NCBI GenBank assembly: GCA_963767925.1
Contig: CAVYGB010000008.1
Coordinates: forward strand, 544,001 to 608,000
Origin: an uncultured delta proteobacterium
GTDB taxonomy: Bacteria; Myxococcota_A; Polyangia; Fen-1088
Length of the DNA: 64,000 nucleotides
Direction: 5' to 3'
This document shows, piece by piece, positions 47,055-59,084 of the stretch. Position numbers and translations under genes: made by a program. The notes beneath the pieces were generated by a model, which worked only from the letters and a program-made list of their open reading frames with translations, made no database searches and was not told the origin of the DNA. The first letter of the stretch is position 1. Each line of letters begins with the position of its first letter.

Positions 47055-49955
47055 ATGCATGACCTAGCTGCCTCCGCCGTCCTGGCGCGGGGGCTCCTGC
47101 TGCTGGCGGTGTCGCTGGCGCTCGGCTGCGAAACCAAAGCTTTCAACACCCGGCACGTCCGGGTGAGCGACGGCGGCGCCGACGTCGGCGGCCGGCCTTC
47201 CGGCAACCCGGACGGCGGGGCGATCGACGCCGACGACAGCACCCGGTGCCCGACCGAGGCGCCGACCGACCCGAAGCAGGTCGGTCAGCCCTGCGCCTGC
47301 GGGATCGAGTGCGCCACCGGGACCTGCGAGGCCGGCCTCTGCTGCGCGGGGGGCGCCTGTGCGCTGCTGCGGCCGCTGGGTGCGGCCTGCGAGGCGGCGG
47401 CAGAGTGCCAGTCCGGCTTCTGTGCCGACGGGGTCTGTTGCAACGTCGCCTGCACCGGGGCCTGCGTCTCCTGCGACCAGGTCGACCAGGTGGGCGTCTG
47501 CTCGCCGGTCCCCGCCGGTGGCGAGGACAAACACGGGATCTGCCGCCAGGACGCCCCCGACTCCTGCGGGCAGAACGGGTACTGCAACGGCCAGGGCGGC
47601 TGCTCCAAATACGTGGCCGGCACCCTGTGCAAGCTGCCGACCTGCGAGGGCAAGAACGAGTTCGTCCCGGCCAGCCTCTGCGACGGGGAGGGGGCCTGCG
47701 TGGCGGGGATCGCGCTCACCTGTTTCCCTTCCACCTGCGAAGCGGGCGCCTGCCTGAGCAGCTGCACCAGCAACGACAACTGCATGGCCCCCAATAGCTG
47801 CCAGATGGGGAGCTGCGGGCCGAAGGGCAACGGCCAGGACTGCAGCGCCGGCGACCAGTGCGCCTCCGGCTTCTGCGTGGATGGCGTCTGCTGCGAGAGC
47901 GCCTGCGAAGGAAAATGCACCTTCTGCGCCAGCCCCGAGGGGCGGGGCCGCTGCCTGCCGGTGCGGATCAACGTCGTCGATCAGCGGGCCGCCCGGGGCG
48001 AGCAGGATCCCGACAAGATCTGCGTGACCGAGGCGGCCAGCACCTGCGGCACCGACGGTCGCTGCGACGGGCGGGGCGGCTGCCAGAGCTACCGCGACGG
48101 CACCATCTGCCGGGCCGCCCGCTGTGACGGCAGCGCCAACACCCAGACCTCGGCGGGGGTCTGCGAGGACGGGAGCTGCGAGGTCCCCTCGGCCCGGAGC
48201 TGCGCCCCCTACCGGGGCTGCAGCGGCAGCGCCTGCCGCAACGGGTGCAGCGGCGACTCCCAGTGCAGCAGCGGCAACTTCTGCACCGCCGGCGACTGCG
48301 GCAAGAAGCCCGACGGCGCCGTCTGCACCGGCGGGTCGCAGTGCGAGAGCACCATCTGCGCGCAGGGGCGCTGCTGCGCCACCACCTGCGGCGGCACCTG
48401 CAAGTCGTGCGCGGTGCCCGGGCGGGAGGGCGATTGCAGCAACGTCCCCTCCGGCGGCGCCGATCCCACCGGCGCCTGCCGCGACGACGCCTGCTCGAAC
48501 GGCTGCGATGGCGGCGGGGGCTGCCGGCGCGAGCGGGCCGACGGCACCGTAACCTGCGGCGGCGCCACCTGCGCGGGCCCGGCCCGGGTGCTGCGGGTCT
48601 GCGGCGGCGGCGGGGTGTGCGAGAGCCGGACCGTCCCCTGCGAGGTGGGCTCGAGCTGCCAGGGGGGAAGCTGCGTGGCCGACCCCAAGGCCAACGGCCA
48701 GCCCTGCGTGGCGGCCGCCGAGTGCGCCTCGCGGATCTGCACCAGCAACGTCTGCTGCGCGGGCGCTTGCGCGGGCCCCTGCAAGGAGTGCCAGGCCGGC
48801 ACCGGGAGCTGCGTGAACCGGGCCGGCGGGTGCGGCAACGGCGGCACCTGCATGGGTGGCGTCTGCTGCGGGCCGGGGACCAGCAACTGCGGCGGGAGCT
48901 GCCGCAACCTGCAGGACGACGAGGCCAACTGCGGCCGCTGTGGCGGCGCCTGCGCCCCGGGCCAGACCTGCGTGGCCGGCGCCTGCACCCTCGTGTGCAG
49001 CGCCCCCGAGAAGGCCTGCGGCAATGCCTGCGTCGACGTCGGCAGCGACGTCCGCCACTGCGGCGACTGCAACCGCCCGTGCCCCACCGGCGGCACCTGC
49101 ACCCGGGGCACCTGCGCCTGCGCCGGCCCCATGTGCGGCAGCATCTGCTGCCCGGCCGGGCAGGTCTGCTCGGAGGGCAAATGTTGCCCCGCCGGTCAGG
49201 CGAGCTGCGGGGGCACCTGCCGCAACCTCGGCAACGACGGGAGCAACTGCGGCATGTGCGGCCGGGCCTGCGGCCCCTGCCAGCGCTGCGCGGGCGCGGC
49301 CTGCGCCCCCGACCCCGCCCGGAACGGCGCCGACTGCGATGGCGCTGCCGGCAGCAACGTTTGCCAGAACGGAGCCTGCGTGGCCACCTGTGCCACCGTC
49401 ATGTGCGGCGCCGTCTGCTGCCCGGCCGGCCAGGCCTGCTCGGAAGGCAAGTGCTGCCCGGCTGGCCAGACCAACTGCGGGGGCACCTGCCGCAACCTCG
49501 GCAACGACGGAGCCAACTGTGGTGCCTGCGGGACGGTCTGCTCGACCGGCAAGGTTTGCCAGGGCGGGGCCTGCGTCTGCCCGGCCGGGAACCCGGTCAC
49601 CTGCGGGCCGACCTGCTGCCCGGCGCGGAACACCTGCGGCCCGAACAACACCTGCGTGCCGCCGCCGTGTGTACCGAGCTGCGCGAACAAGGCCTGCGGG
49701 GCGGACAACGGCTGTGGCAGCCCGTGCGCGACCGGGACCTGCCCGGGGGAGAAGACCTGCCAGGGGGGGATGTGCCGGTGCCCGGGGAACGAGCGGGCCT
49801 GCGGGGACACCTGCTGCCCGATGAACAACACCTGCGGCCCGAACAACACGTGCGTGCCACCGGCGCCGCCACCCATGCCGATGCCACCGGCGCCGATGCC
49901 GCCCGCGCCGATGCCGACGCAGCCTGCGCCCATGTCGCCGGTGCCGAAGATGTAA
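47055..49955 (+). CDS. Cys-rich repeat lipoprotein 1 (shared core + Stig1-like repeats + Pro/Met tail)
   Basis: Lipobox LALGC; repeated CxSGFCxDGVCC modules; CRNL..D..NCG.CG..C repeats; ends PPPMPMPPAPMPPAPMP. Confidence 0.85.
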   Translation: MHDLAASAVLARGLLLLAVSLALGCETKAFNTRHVRVSDGGADVGGRPSGNPDGGAIDADDSTRCPTEAPTDPKQVGQPCACGIECATGTCEAGLCCAGGACALLRPLGAACEAAAECQSGFCADGVCCNVACTGACVSCDQVDQVGVCSPVPAGGEDKHGICRQDAPDSCGQNGYCNGQGGCSKYVAGTLCKLPTCEGKNEFVPASLCDGEGACVAGIALTCFPSTCEAGACLSSCTSNDNCMAPNSCQMGSCGPKGNGQDCSAGDQCASGFCVDGVCCESACEGKCTFCASPEGRGRCLPVRINVVDQRAARGEQDPDKICVTEAASTCGTDGRCDGRGGCQSYRDGTICRAARCDGSANTQTSAGVCEDGSCEVPSARSCAPYRGCSGSACRNGCSGDSQCSSGNFCTAGDCGKKPDGAVCTGGSQCESTICAQGRCCATTCGGTCKSCAVPGREGDCSNVPSGGADPTGACRDDACSNGCDGGGGCRRERADGTVTCGGATCAGPARVLRVCGGGGVCESRTVPCEVGSSCQGGSCVADPKANGQPCVAAAECASRICTSNVCCAGACAGPCKECQAGTGSCVNRAGGCGNGGTCMGGVCCGPGTSNCGGSCRNLQDDEANCGRCGGACAPGQTCVAGACTLVCSAPEKACGNACVDVGSDVRHCGDCNRPCPTGGTCTRGTCACAGPMCGSICCPAGQVCSEGKCCPAGQASCGGTCRNLGNDGSNCGMCGRACGPCQRCAGAACAPDPARNGADCDGAAGSNVCQNGACVATCATVMCGAVCCPAGQACSEGKCCPAGQTNCGGTCRNLGNDGANCGACGTVCSTGKVCQGGACVCPAGNPVTCGPTCCPARNTCGPNNTCVPPPCVPSCANKACGADNGCGSPCATGTCPGEKTCQGGMCRCPGNERACGDTCCPMNNTCGPNNTCVPPAPPPMPMPPAPMPPAPMPTQPAPMSPVPKM

Positions 49956-50070
49956 CTTGCCGTCGCCCGACGAACGGTGGAGACCGATTTCTCCGGTCGC
50001 GGCGCGATATCCTACGTCATACTACGTGTTCCATCTCACATTTTGAAATCGGGAAAGCATCAGATTCGTG

Positions 50071-50103
50071 TGGACAGGGTGGCCCTGAGAGGGGTTAGCT
50101 ACC
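50071..50103 (+). promoter_or_regulatory. Shared upstream motif TGGACAG-N15-GGTTAGCTACC, copy 2
   Basis: Matches 46954-46986; lies in a comparatively AT-rich intergenic region. Confidence 0.55.
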
Positions 50104-50166
50104 ACACAGTAGCGGCCGTGTTTCTTCCGGCGTTGCGAACTCACACCCCGACGCGAAGGGCGCGAC

Positions 50167-53100
50167 ATGGGTAACTTATCTTCGAGAGTGAGTGGGGTCC
50201 TGGTGCTGGCTGCGGTCCTGACCGTGGGCTGCGGCACGAAACCCGTGACCACCATGGTGATCGGCTCTCGCTCCGATGGCGGAGCGACCCCTGTGCGCGA
50301 CGGTGGCACCACCACCACGCCCCCGCCGGGGATCGACCCCGCTCCCATGGGGATGTGCCCGAGCGCGCCGCCGGCCGAGCGGAAGGCAGCCGGGGACGCC
50401 TGCGCCTGCGACATCGAATGTGCGACCGGGACCTGTCAGGGCGGCGTGTGCTGCGCGGGCGCGGCCTGCGCCACCAAGAAGCCGCTCGGCGTGGGCTGCG
50501 AGAACGGTACCCAGTGTCTGTCGGGCTTCTGCGCCGACGGGGTCTGTTGCAACGTCGCCTGTACCGGGGCCTGCGTGGCCTGCAACCAGACCGCCCAGAT
50601 GGGCGAATGCGCCCCCATCCCGGCGGGCGGCGAGGACCAGCACGGAGTCTGCCGGCAGGACTCGCCCGATAGCTGCGGCCAGAGCGGCTATTGCAACGGC
50701 CAGGGCGGCTGCGCGAAGTTCGCCGCCGGCACCGTCTGCCAGCTCGCGAGCTGCGAGGGCAAAGAGAAGTTCGTTCCGGCCGGGCTGTGCGACGGGGAGG
50801 GCGTGTGTGTCCTCGGCGTCGCGCTCTCCTGCGCCCCTTCCACGTGCGAGGCCGGGGCCTGCCTCAGCAGCTGCACGGGCAACGACAAGTGCATGGCCCC
50901 CAACAGCTGCGTGGGCGGGAGCTGCGGGCCCAAGGGCGTCGGCCAGGACTGCAACGGCAACAACCAGTGCGCCTCCGGCTTCTGCGTCGACGGCGTCTGC
51001 TGCGAGAACGCCTGCGAAGGAAAATGCAAGTTCTGCGCGAGCCCCGAGGCCCGGGGCAAGTGCACCAACGTCCGGGCCAACGTCGTCGATCAGCGGGCTG
51101 CCCGCGGCGAGCGGGACCCGGCCAAGATCTGCGTGGCCCAGGATCCCAGCACCTGCGGCACCGACGGGCGCTGCAACGGGCAGGCCGGGTGCCAGCGCTT
51201 CCGCGAGGGGACGGTCTGCCAGTCCGCCCGCTGCAACGCCACCGCCAACAACGAGACCCCGGCCGGGGTTTGCAACGGCGGCGCCTGCCGGGTGCCTTCG
51301 GCCCGGGCCTGCACGCCCTACCGGGGTTGCAGCGGCAATGCCTGCCGGAACAGCTGCGGCAGCGACGCCCAGTGCTCGTCGGGCAACGTCTGCACCGCCG
51401 GCGACTGCGGCAAGAAGCCGAATGGGGCGGTCTGCACCAACGGCAACCAGTGCATGAGCAACATCTGCGCGCAGGGCCGCTGCTGTGCGGGCCAGTGCAA
51501 CTCCACCTGCAAGTCCTGCGCGCTGCCGGGGCAAGAGGGCACCTGCGCCAACGTGGGCCAGGGGGGCGCTGATCCCACCGGCATGTGCCGCGACGACGCC
51601 TGCTCGAACGGCTGCGACGGCAACGGCGGCTGCCGGCGCGAGCGGGGCGACGGCACCGTCACCTGCGGGGCGGCGACCTGCAACGGCAACTCCCGCGTGA
51701 CCCGGGTCTGCAACGCCAGCGGGGCCTGCGAGTCGCGGACCGCCGCCTGCGGCACCGGCTCCATGTGCGCGGGGGGGAGCTGCGTGGCGAGCCCCAAGGG
51801 CAACGGCGAGGCCTGCGTGGCCAACGGCGAGTGCCAGTCCCGCCTCTGCATCAACAACGTCTGCTGCTCCACCGCCTGCAACGGCGACTGCAAGGAATGT
51901 CAGGCGGGCAGCGGCACCTGCGGCAACCGCGGCGGCGGCTGCGGCAACGGCGGCACCTGCATGGCGGGGATCTGCTGCAACTCCGGGCTCACCAACTGCG
52001 GCGGCACCTGCCGGAACCTGCGCGAGGACCGGAACAACTGCGGCACCTGCGGCACCGCCTGCCCTGCCGGACAGATCTGCGAGGGGGGGGCCTGCATCTG
52101 CGACCCGCCGCTCATCCGCTGCGGCAACCGCTGCATCGATCCCAGCACCGACGTCGGCAACTGCGGCCGCTGCGAGAACGCCTGCCCCGCGGGCGGGACC
52201 TGCAACGGCGGCAGCTGCGGCTGCCCGGCCAGCGCCCCCTTCAACTGCAACGGCACCTGCCGGGCTTGCTGCGACACCTGCAACGCCTGCGAGCGCTGCA
52301 GCGACAACGGCCAGTCCTGCGTCGCCGTGGGCGACCAGGATGGCATGAGCTGTGGCGGCGGCCGGGTCTGCTGCGCGGGCACCTGCTGCGAGTCGGGCAA
52401 CATCTGCCGGGGCGGCGGCAATCGGAGCTGTGGCCCCGAGACGATGATGTGCGCCGACTGCGGGGGCGAGTGCAAGCAGTGCAACACCATGACCGGGGTC
52501 TGCGGCAACCGGGACAACGGCACGAGCTGCGCGGCGGGGGCGTGCGACGGCGGGGTCTGCCGGCCGCGGATGTGCCAGGACTGCGGTGGCGAGTGCAAGC
52601 AGTGCAACACGGTGTCCGGACAGTGCGGGAACAAGGACGACGGGACGAGCTGCTCGGGCGGGGCGTGCGACGGCGGAGTCTGCCGGCCGCGGATGTGCCA
52701 GGACTGCGGTGGCGAGTGCAAGCAGTGCAACACGGTGTCCGGTCAGTGTGGGAACAAGGACGACGGGACGAGCTGCTCGGGCGGGGCGTGCGACGGCGGG
52801 GTCTGCCGGCCGCGGATGTGCCAGGACTGCGGTGGCGAGTGCAAGCAGTGCAACACGGTGTCCGGACAGTGCGGGAACAAGGACAACGGGACGAGCTGCT
52901 CGGCGGGCGCCTGCGACGACGGGGCGTGCCGGCCGCGAATGTGCCAGGACTGCGGTGGCGAGTGCAAGCAGTGCAACACGGTGTCCGGACAGTGCGGGAA
53001 CAAGGACAACGGGACGAGCTGCTCGGCGGGCGCCTGCGACGACGGGGCGTGCCGACCGCGGATGTGCCAGGACTGCGGCGGCGAGTGCAAGCAGTGCAAC

Positions 53101-53466
53101 ACGGTGTCCGGGCAGTGCGGGAACAAGGACAACGGGACGAGCTGCTCGGCGGGCGCCTGTGACGACGGCGCGTGCCGGCCGCGGATGTGCCAGGACTGCG
53201 GGGGCGAGTGCAAGGAGTGCAACACCCGCACCGGCGAGTGCGGGAACAAGGACAACGGAACGAGCTGCTCGGCGGGCGCCTGCGACGACGGCGCGTGCCG
53301 GCCGCGGACCTGCACGGACTGCGACGGCGAGTGCAAGGAGTGCAACACGCGCACCGGCCAGTGCGGAAACAAGGACAACGGCACCGGCTGCTCGAACGGC
53401 GGCTCCTGCCAGGCCGGCGCCTGCCAGCCCCCCGACCCTCCCCCCCCACCCCCCGCCACCGAATAG
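50167..53466 (+). CDS. Cys-rich repeat lipoprotein 2 (shared core + eight 41-aa Cys repeats)
   Basis: Lipobox LTVGC; clear paralog of 47055..49955 over several hundred residues; tandem repeat tail. Confidence 0.85.
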   Translation: MGNLSSRVSGVLVLAAVLTVGCGTKPVTTMVIGSRSDGGATPVRDGGTTTTPPPGIDPAPMGMCPSAPPAERKAAGDACACDIECATGTCQGGVCCAGAACATKKPLGVGCENGTQCLSGFCADGVCCNVACTGACVACNQTAQMGECAPIPAGGEDQHGVCRQDSPDSCGQSGYCNGQGGCAKFAAGTVCQLASCEGKEKFVPAGLCDGEGVCVLGVALSCAPSTCEAGACLSSCTGNDKCMAPNSCVGGSCGPKGVGQDCNGNNQCASGFCVDGVCCENACEGKCKFCASPEARGKCTNVRANVVDQRAARGERDPAKICVAQDPSTCGTDGRCNGQAGCQRFREGTVCQSARCNATANNETPAGVCNGGACRVPSARACTPYRGCSGNACRNSCGSDAQCSSGNVCTAGDCGKKPNGAVCTNGNQCMSNICAQGRCCAGQCNSTCKSCALPGQEGTCANVGQGGADPTGMCRDDACSNGCDGNGGCRRERGDGTVTCGAATCNGNSRVTRVCNASGACESRTAACGTGSMCAGGSCVASPKGNGEACVANGECQSRLCINNVCCSTACNGDCKECQAGSGTCGNRGGGCGNGGTCMAGICCNSGLTNCGGTCRNLREDRNNCGTCGTACPAGQICEGGACICDPPLIRCGNRCIDPSTDVGNCGRCENACPAGGTCNGGSCGCPASAPFNCNGTCRACCDTCNACERCSDNGQSCVAVGDQDGMSCGGGRVCCAGTCCESGNICRGGGNRSCGPETMMCADCGGECKQCNTMTGVCGNRDNGTSCAAGACDGGVCRPRMCQDCGGECKQCNTVSGQCGNKDDGTSCSGGACDGGVCRPRMCQDCGGECKQCNTVSGQCGNKDDGTSCSGGACDGGVCRPRMCQDCGGECKQCNTVSGQCGNKDNGTSCSAGACDDGACRPRMCQDCGGECKQCNTVSGQCGNKDNGTSCSAGACDDGACRPRMCQDCGGECKQCNTVSGQCGNKDNGTSCSAGACDDGACRPRMCQDCGGECKECNTRTGECGNKDNGTSCSAGACDDGACRPRTCTDCDGECKECNTRTGQCGNKDNGTGCSNGGSCQAGACQPPDPPPPPPATE
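52447..53430 (+). repeat. Coding tandem repeat, 8 x 123 bp (41 aa, 8 Cys per unit)
   Basis: Unit MCQDCGGECKQCNTVSGQCGNKDNGTSCSAGACDDGACRPR; unit starts at 52447, 52570, ... Confidence 0.95.
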
Positions 53467-53567
53467 CTCCGCACCGCCGGTAGTCGGTCGCCCTCTGCCA
53501 GCAGCCGCCGGGCGCGGGGGCGACCGGACCCCGGCTGGCCGCAATACCGTTCGGTCAGGTCTGTGAA

Positions 53568-53680
53568 CCCTCTCCCCGCGGTCCGCCGCGGGAGAAGGCA
53601 GGGCGTTGCCACGCCGGAGGCCCCTCACCCGTCCCGCAGAAGCGCCGACCTCTCCCCACGGCAGACCGCGTGGAGAGGTG
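53568..53680 (+). repeat. Two related CCTCTCCCC...GGAGA hairpins (REP-like; the second may act as a terminator)
   Basis: ccctctccccgcgg-tccg-ccgcgggagaagg and ccctcaccc...acctctccccacgg-caga-ccgcgtggagaggt followed by GTTTT. Confidence 0.5.
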
Positions 53681-53884
53681 TTTTCGCTAACGAGCTCCCA
53701 GGTGAAAGAGCCTGATTCGCGCTCATAGCGCTTCGCATCCGGAGGCCGTCTCCCCGATGCGCGCCGACGGCCATCCGACGCAAGCGCGGAATGAAAATGT
53801 CTGCTTCGGCGGTAGTAGCCCCCCGCATCCGTCGGGGCCTGGGCCAGGTACGGCCGGCGCCAGCGGGACTACCGTGCACCCGAT

Positions 53885-53900
53885 CGGTGCGCATATTGCG
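53885..53900 (+). promoter_or_regulatory. Putative sigma54 promoter of Cys-rich lipoprotein 3
   Basis: CGGTGCGCATATTGCG (GG-N10-GC) 30 nt before ATG 53931. Confidence 0.45.
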
Positions 53901-53930
53901 GTCTGCACCCGGTTCGGCCGGGGGCGAAAC

Positions 53931-56210
<2,280 letters not shown>

Positions 56211-56231
56211 TCGACGCGAGCATTCCGACGG

Positions 56232-56258
56232 CGCGCCCCCTGTTGACCAGGGGGCGCG
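56232..56258 (+). terminator. Hairpin downstream of lipoprotein 3
   Basis: 11-bp stem cgcgccccctg / cagggggcgcg with a 5-nt loop; no strong U tract. Confidence 0.4.
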
Positions 56259-56805
56259 TGATCTGCGTTTAGCGCTGGGGTGTCGCTGAAATAATGCCTA
56301 CCGTCGGGTGGGCACAACCGGGCCGGATGGTCGCGTTCGGGATGGTTTCGGCAGCGTGATGGCGGCGCGCCCACCTGCGCTGCCCGGAGCGCACGCTCCA
56401 CGGATGAGTCCGCCGGGATCACAGCCCGGTCGAGCGTCTTCCCGGCGGGCGCGGTCGTGCGAGGGCCCGGGGTGTCGATCCCGGCGGCGGCGGTGAGGGT
56501 CTCGCCCGCTTGGCGCTTCGGCATCGGGCCATGGCCGGGCGCCCGCGTGCAAGAAAGGAAGATGGCGGCATCCTCGCGGCTCGACCACCCGCGACAGGTG
56601 GCCGTCCGGGGCCTCGGGGCCGGCTACGGACGGGACACGTGAGGGCGACGCGATGCCTCCCGACCGCGCCGAGGCTCGGTGCAGGCGCCTGCGGCTACCC
56701 GTGACAGCCCCGATGTCCGGGCGAGACCCCGAGGGGAGGAGACGTGCGCCCGGCCGTGACCGGACCCATTTTGCTCACGCGGCGGTGGAAGCGCGCGAGG
56801 GTGAC

Positions 56806-59025
56806 ATGACAACAGGGCAGGCCGACGGTTCGTCAGCGAAGGGGAGGGGACGCTCGACCAGCCTCGGGGCTGCCCGGGCGTCGAGGGCTGCATGGCAGGT
56901 GGTGCCGCTGGCCCTGGCCATCGCAGCGGCGGGCGCGCTCGGAGGGTGTGGCACCGAGACGGTGAACACCGGCGCAGGCTCGCTGGCCGACGGCGGCGAC
57001 CCCCGCGGGACGCTGGCCGACATCCCCGCGCGCTGCCTGCAACCGGGCGCCAGCGGGGATCGGGCGGTCGGTCAGGCCTGTGACTGTCCCAGGGACTGCG
57101 CGAGCGGAGCCTGTGTCCGCGGCCGTTGCGACGTCCAGCAGGCCGCCGGCATGGCCTGCGAGTCGGGATCGCAGTGCGATTCGGGCTTCTGTGCCGACGG
57201 GGTCTGCTGCGAGGTGGCCTGCACCGGTCCCTGTGTGAGTTGCAACCAGCCCAGCCGCCGGGGCACCTGTGCGCCGGTGCCGGCCGGCGAGGCCGACGTG
57301 CACGGCGTGTGCAAGGTCGAAACTGCCCAGAGCTGCGGCATGACCGGCCTGTGCAACGGCCAGGGTGGCTGCGCCCGTCACGTCGCCGGCACCGTCTGTC
57401 GCCCGTCCGCTTGCCAGGGGGCGGATCGGGTCCTGCCGGCCAGCCTCTGCGACGGGGATGGCGCCTGCGTGCTGGGTGCGCCTCTGGTCTGCACGCCTTC
57501 GACCTGCGAGGCGGGCGCCTGCCTCAGTAGCTGCACCGGAGACATCCAGTGCATGGCGCCCGCGAGCTGCGTCCAGGGGAGCTGCGGCCCCCGGGGCAAC
57601 GGGCAGGCGTGCAGCGCTGGAAATCAATGCGCCTCGGGGTTCTGCACGGACGGGGTCTGCTGCGACAGCGCCTGCGGGAGCCCGTGCACCTTCTGCGCGA
57701 GTCCCGATTCGCTCGGTCGCTGCACGCCGGTTCGCGCCGGCGCCATGGATCAGCGGGCCGCGCGGGGCGAGACCGACCCGACCCGGATCTGCAGCGACCG
57801 AGGCGCCGCGTCCTGCGCCACAAACGGGCGCTGCGACGGCCGGGGCGGCTGCCAGCTCTACGCGGACGGGACCGTCTGTCGGGCGCCGAGCTGCGACGCC
57901 GGCTCGAACGCCGCGACCGGAGAAGCGACCTGCGCCCGCGGGGCCTGCCGGGCCCCCACCGCCCGCGCGTGCGCCCCCTACCGCGGGTGCAGCGGCGGGA
58001 CCTGCCGGACCGCCTGCAGCAGCGACGGCCAGTGCGCCACCGGCACGGTCTGCCTGGGGGGCGCCTGCCGCCTACCGCCACCTCCGCCCGCCACCATGCC
58101 GACGCCAACCCCCACGCCGACGCCAACCCCCACGCCGACGCCAACCCCCACGCCGACGCCAACCCCCACGCCGACGCCAACCCCCACGCCGACGCCAACC
58201 CCCACGCCGACGCCAACCCCAGTTCCGACTCCGACTCCGACCCCGGTTCCGACACCAACCCCGACACCGACTCCAGTTCCGACACCGACCCCAGTTCCGA
58301 CGCCGACTCCGACGCCAACCCCGGTTCCCACGCCGACGCCAACGCCGGTGCCGACGCCAACCCCGGTTCCGACTCCGACGCCGACCCCGGTTCCGACGCC
58401 GACGCCAACGCCGGTGCCGACGCCAACCCCGGTTCCGACTCCGACGCCGACCCCGGTTCCGACGCCGACTCCAGTTCCGACGCCGACGCCAACGCCAGTT
58501 CCGACGCCGACTCCAGTTCCGACGCCGACGCCGGTGCCGACGCCAACCCCGGTTCCGACGCCGACTCCGACACCGACTCCAGTTCCGACACCAACCCCGG
58601 TTCCGACGCCGACGCCGACTCCAGTTCCGACGCCGACTCCGGTTCCGACTCCGACACCGACTCCAGTTCCGACACCAACCCCGGTTCCGACACCGACTCC
58701 AGTTCCGACCCCCACGCCGGTTCCAACCCCAACCCCCACGCCGGTTCCAACCCCAACGCCAGCGCCCACGCCGGTCCCGGTGCCACCGCTTCCCGTCCCG
58801 GTGCCCTCCGTGCCCCTCTCGGGCCCACTCGGGACGCCAGCCCTCCCGCCGCCCCCCGCGCCAACACCGCCAGCGCAAGCCGCCGCTCCCGCCGGCACGC
58901 CCGCGCGGCCGGTTCCGTCACAACATCGAAACCGCGCCGTCGCCCTCCTGCCGCGCGGGCGGCGCCGGGTGGGGCGCACACGTCGCCCCGGGGATTCATT
59001 CCAGCCCACAGCTTCGGCCCTCTGA
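56806..59025 (+). CDS. Cys-rich repeat lipoprotein 4 with ~230-residue (Pro-Thr/Val)n tail
   Basis: Lipobox-like ALGGC; same Cys core; GAGGG RBS before ATG 56806; PT/PV tract 58099-58785. Confidence 0.8.
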   Translation: MTTGQADGSSAKGRGRSTSLGAARASRAAWQVVPLALAIAAAGALGGCGTETVNTGAGSLADGGDPRGTLADIPARCLQPGASGDRAVGQACDCPRDCASGACVRGRCDVQQAAGMACESGSQCDSGFCADGVCCEVACTGPCVSCNQPSRRGTCAPVPAGEADVHGVCKVETAQSCGMTGLCNGQGGCARHVAGTVCRPSACQGADRVLPASLCDGDGACVLGAPLVCTPSTCEAGACLSSCTGDIQCMAPASCVQGSCGPRGNGQACSAGNQCASGFCTDGVCCDSACGSPCTFCASPDSLGRCTPVRAGAMDQRAARGETDPTRICSDRGAASCATNGRCDGRGGCQLYADGTVCRAPSCDAGSNAATGEATCARGACRAPTARACAPYRGCSGGTCRTACSSDGQCATGTVCLGGACRLPPPPPATMPTPTPTPTPTPTPTPTPTPTPTPTPTPTPTPTPTPTPTPTPVPTPTPTPVPTPTPTPTPVPTPTPVPTPTPTPTPVPTPTPTPVPTPTPVPTPTPTPVPTPTPTPVPTPTPVPTPTPTPVPTPTPVPTPTPTPVPTPTPVPTPTPVPTPTPVPTPTPTPTPVPTPTPVPTPTPTPVPTPTPVPTPTPTPVPTPTPVPTPTPVPTPTPVPTPTPTPVPTPTPAPTPVPVPPLPVPVPSVPLSGPLGTPALPPPPAPTPPAQAAAPAGTPARPVPSQHRNRAVALLPRGRRRVGRTRRPGDSFQPTASAL
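58099..58785 (+). repeat. (Pro-Thr)/(Pro-Val) dipeptide repeat tract
   Basis: Six perfect 18-bp units ccgacgccaacccccacg (58099-58206), then degenerate PTPTPV units. Confidence 0.95.
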
Positions 59026-59084
59026 GCGCGAGGCCCCCATGACCCTCGTCCGCCAGCCCGCGGTCACCCGGCAGAGGAGCCAGC

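Noticed and set aside
52447..53430. Regular repeats as a possible CRISPR array
   Set aside because: Contiguous 123-bp in-frame coding units with no unique spacers and no cas genes.
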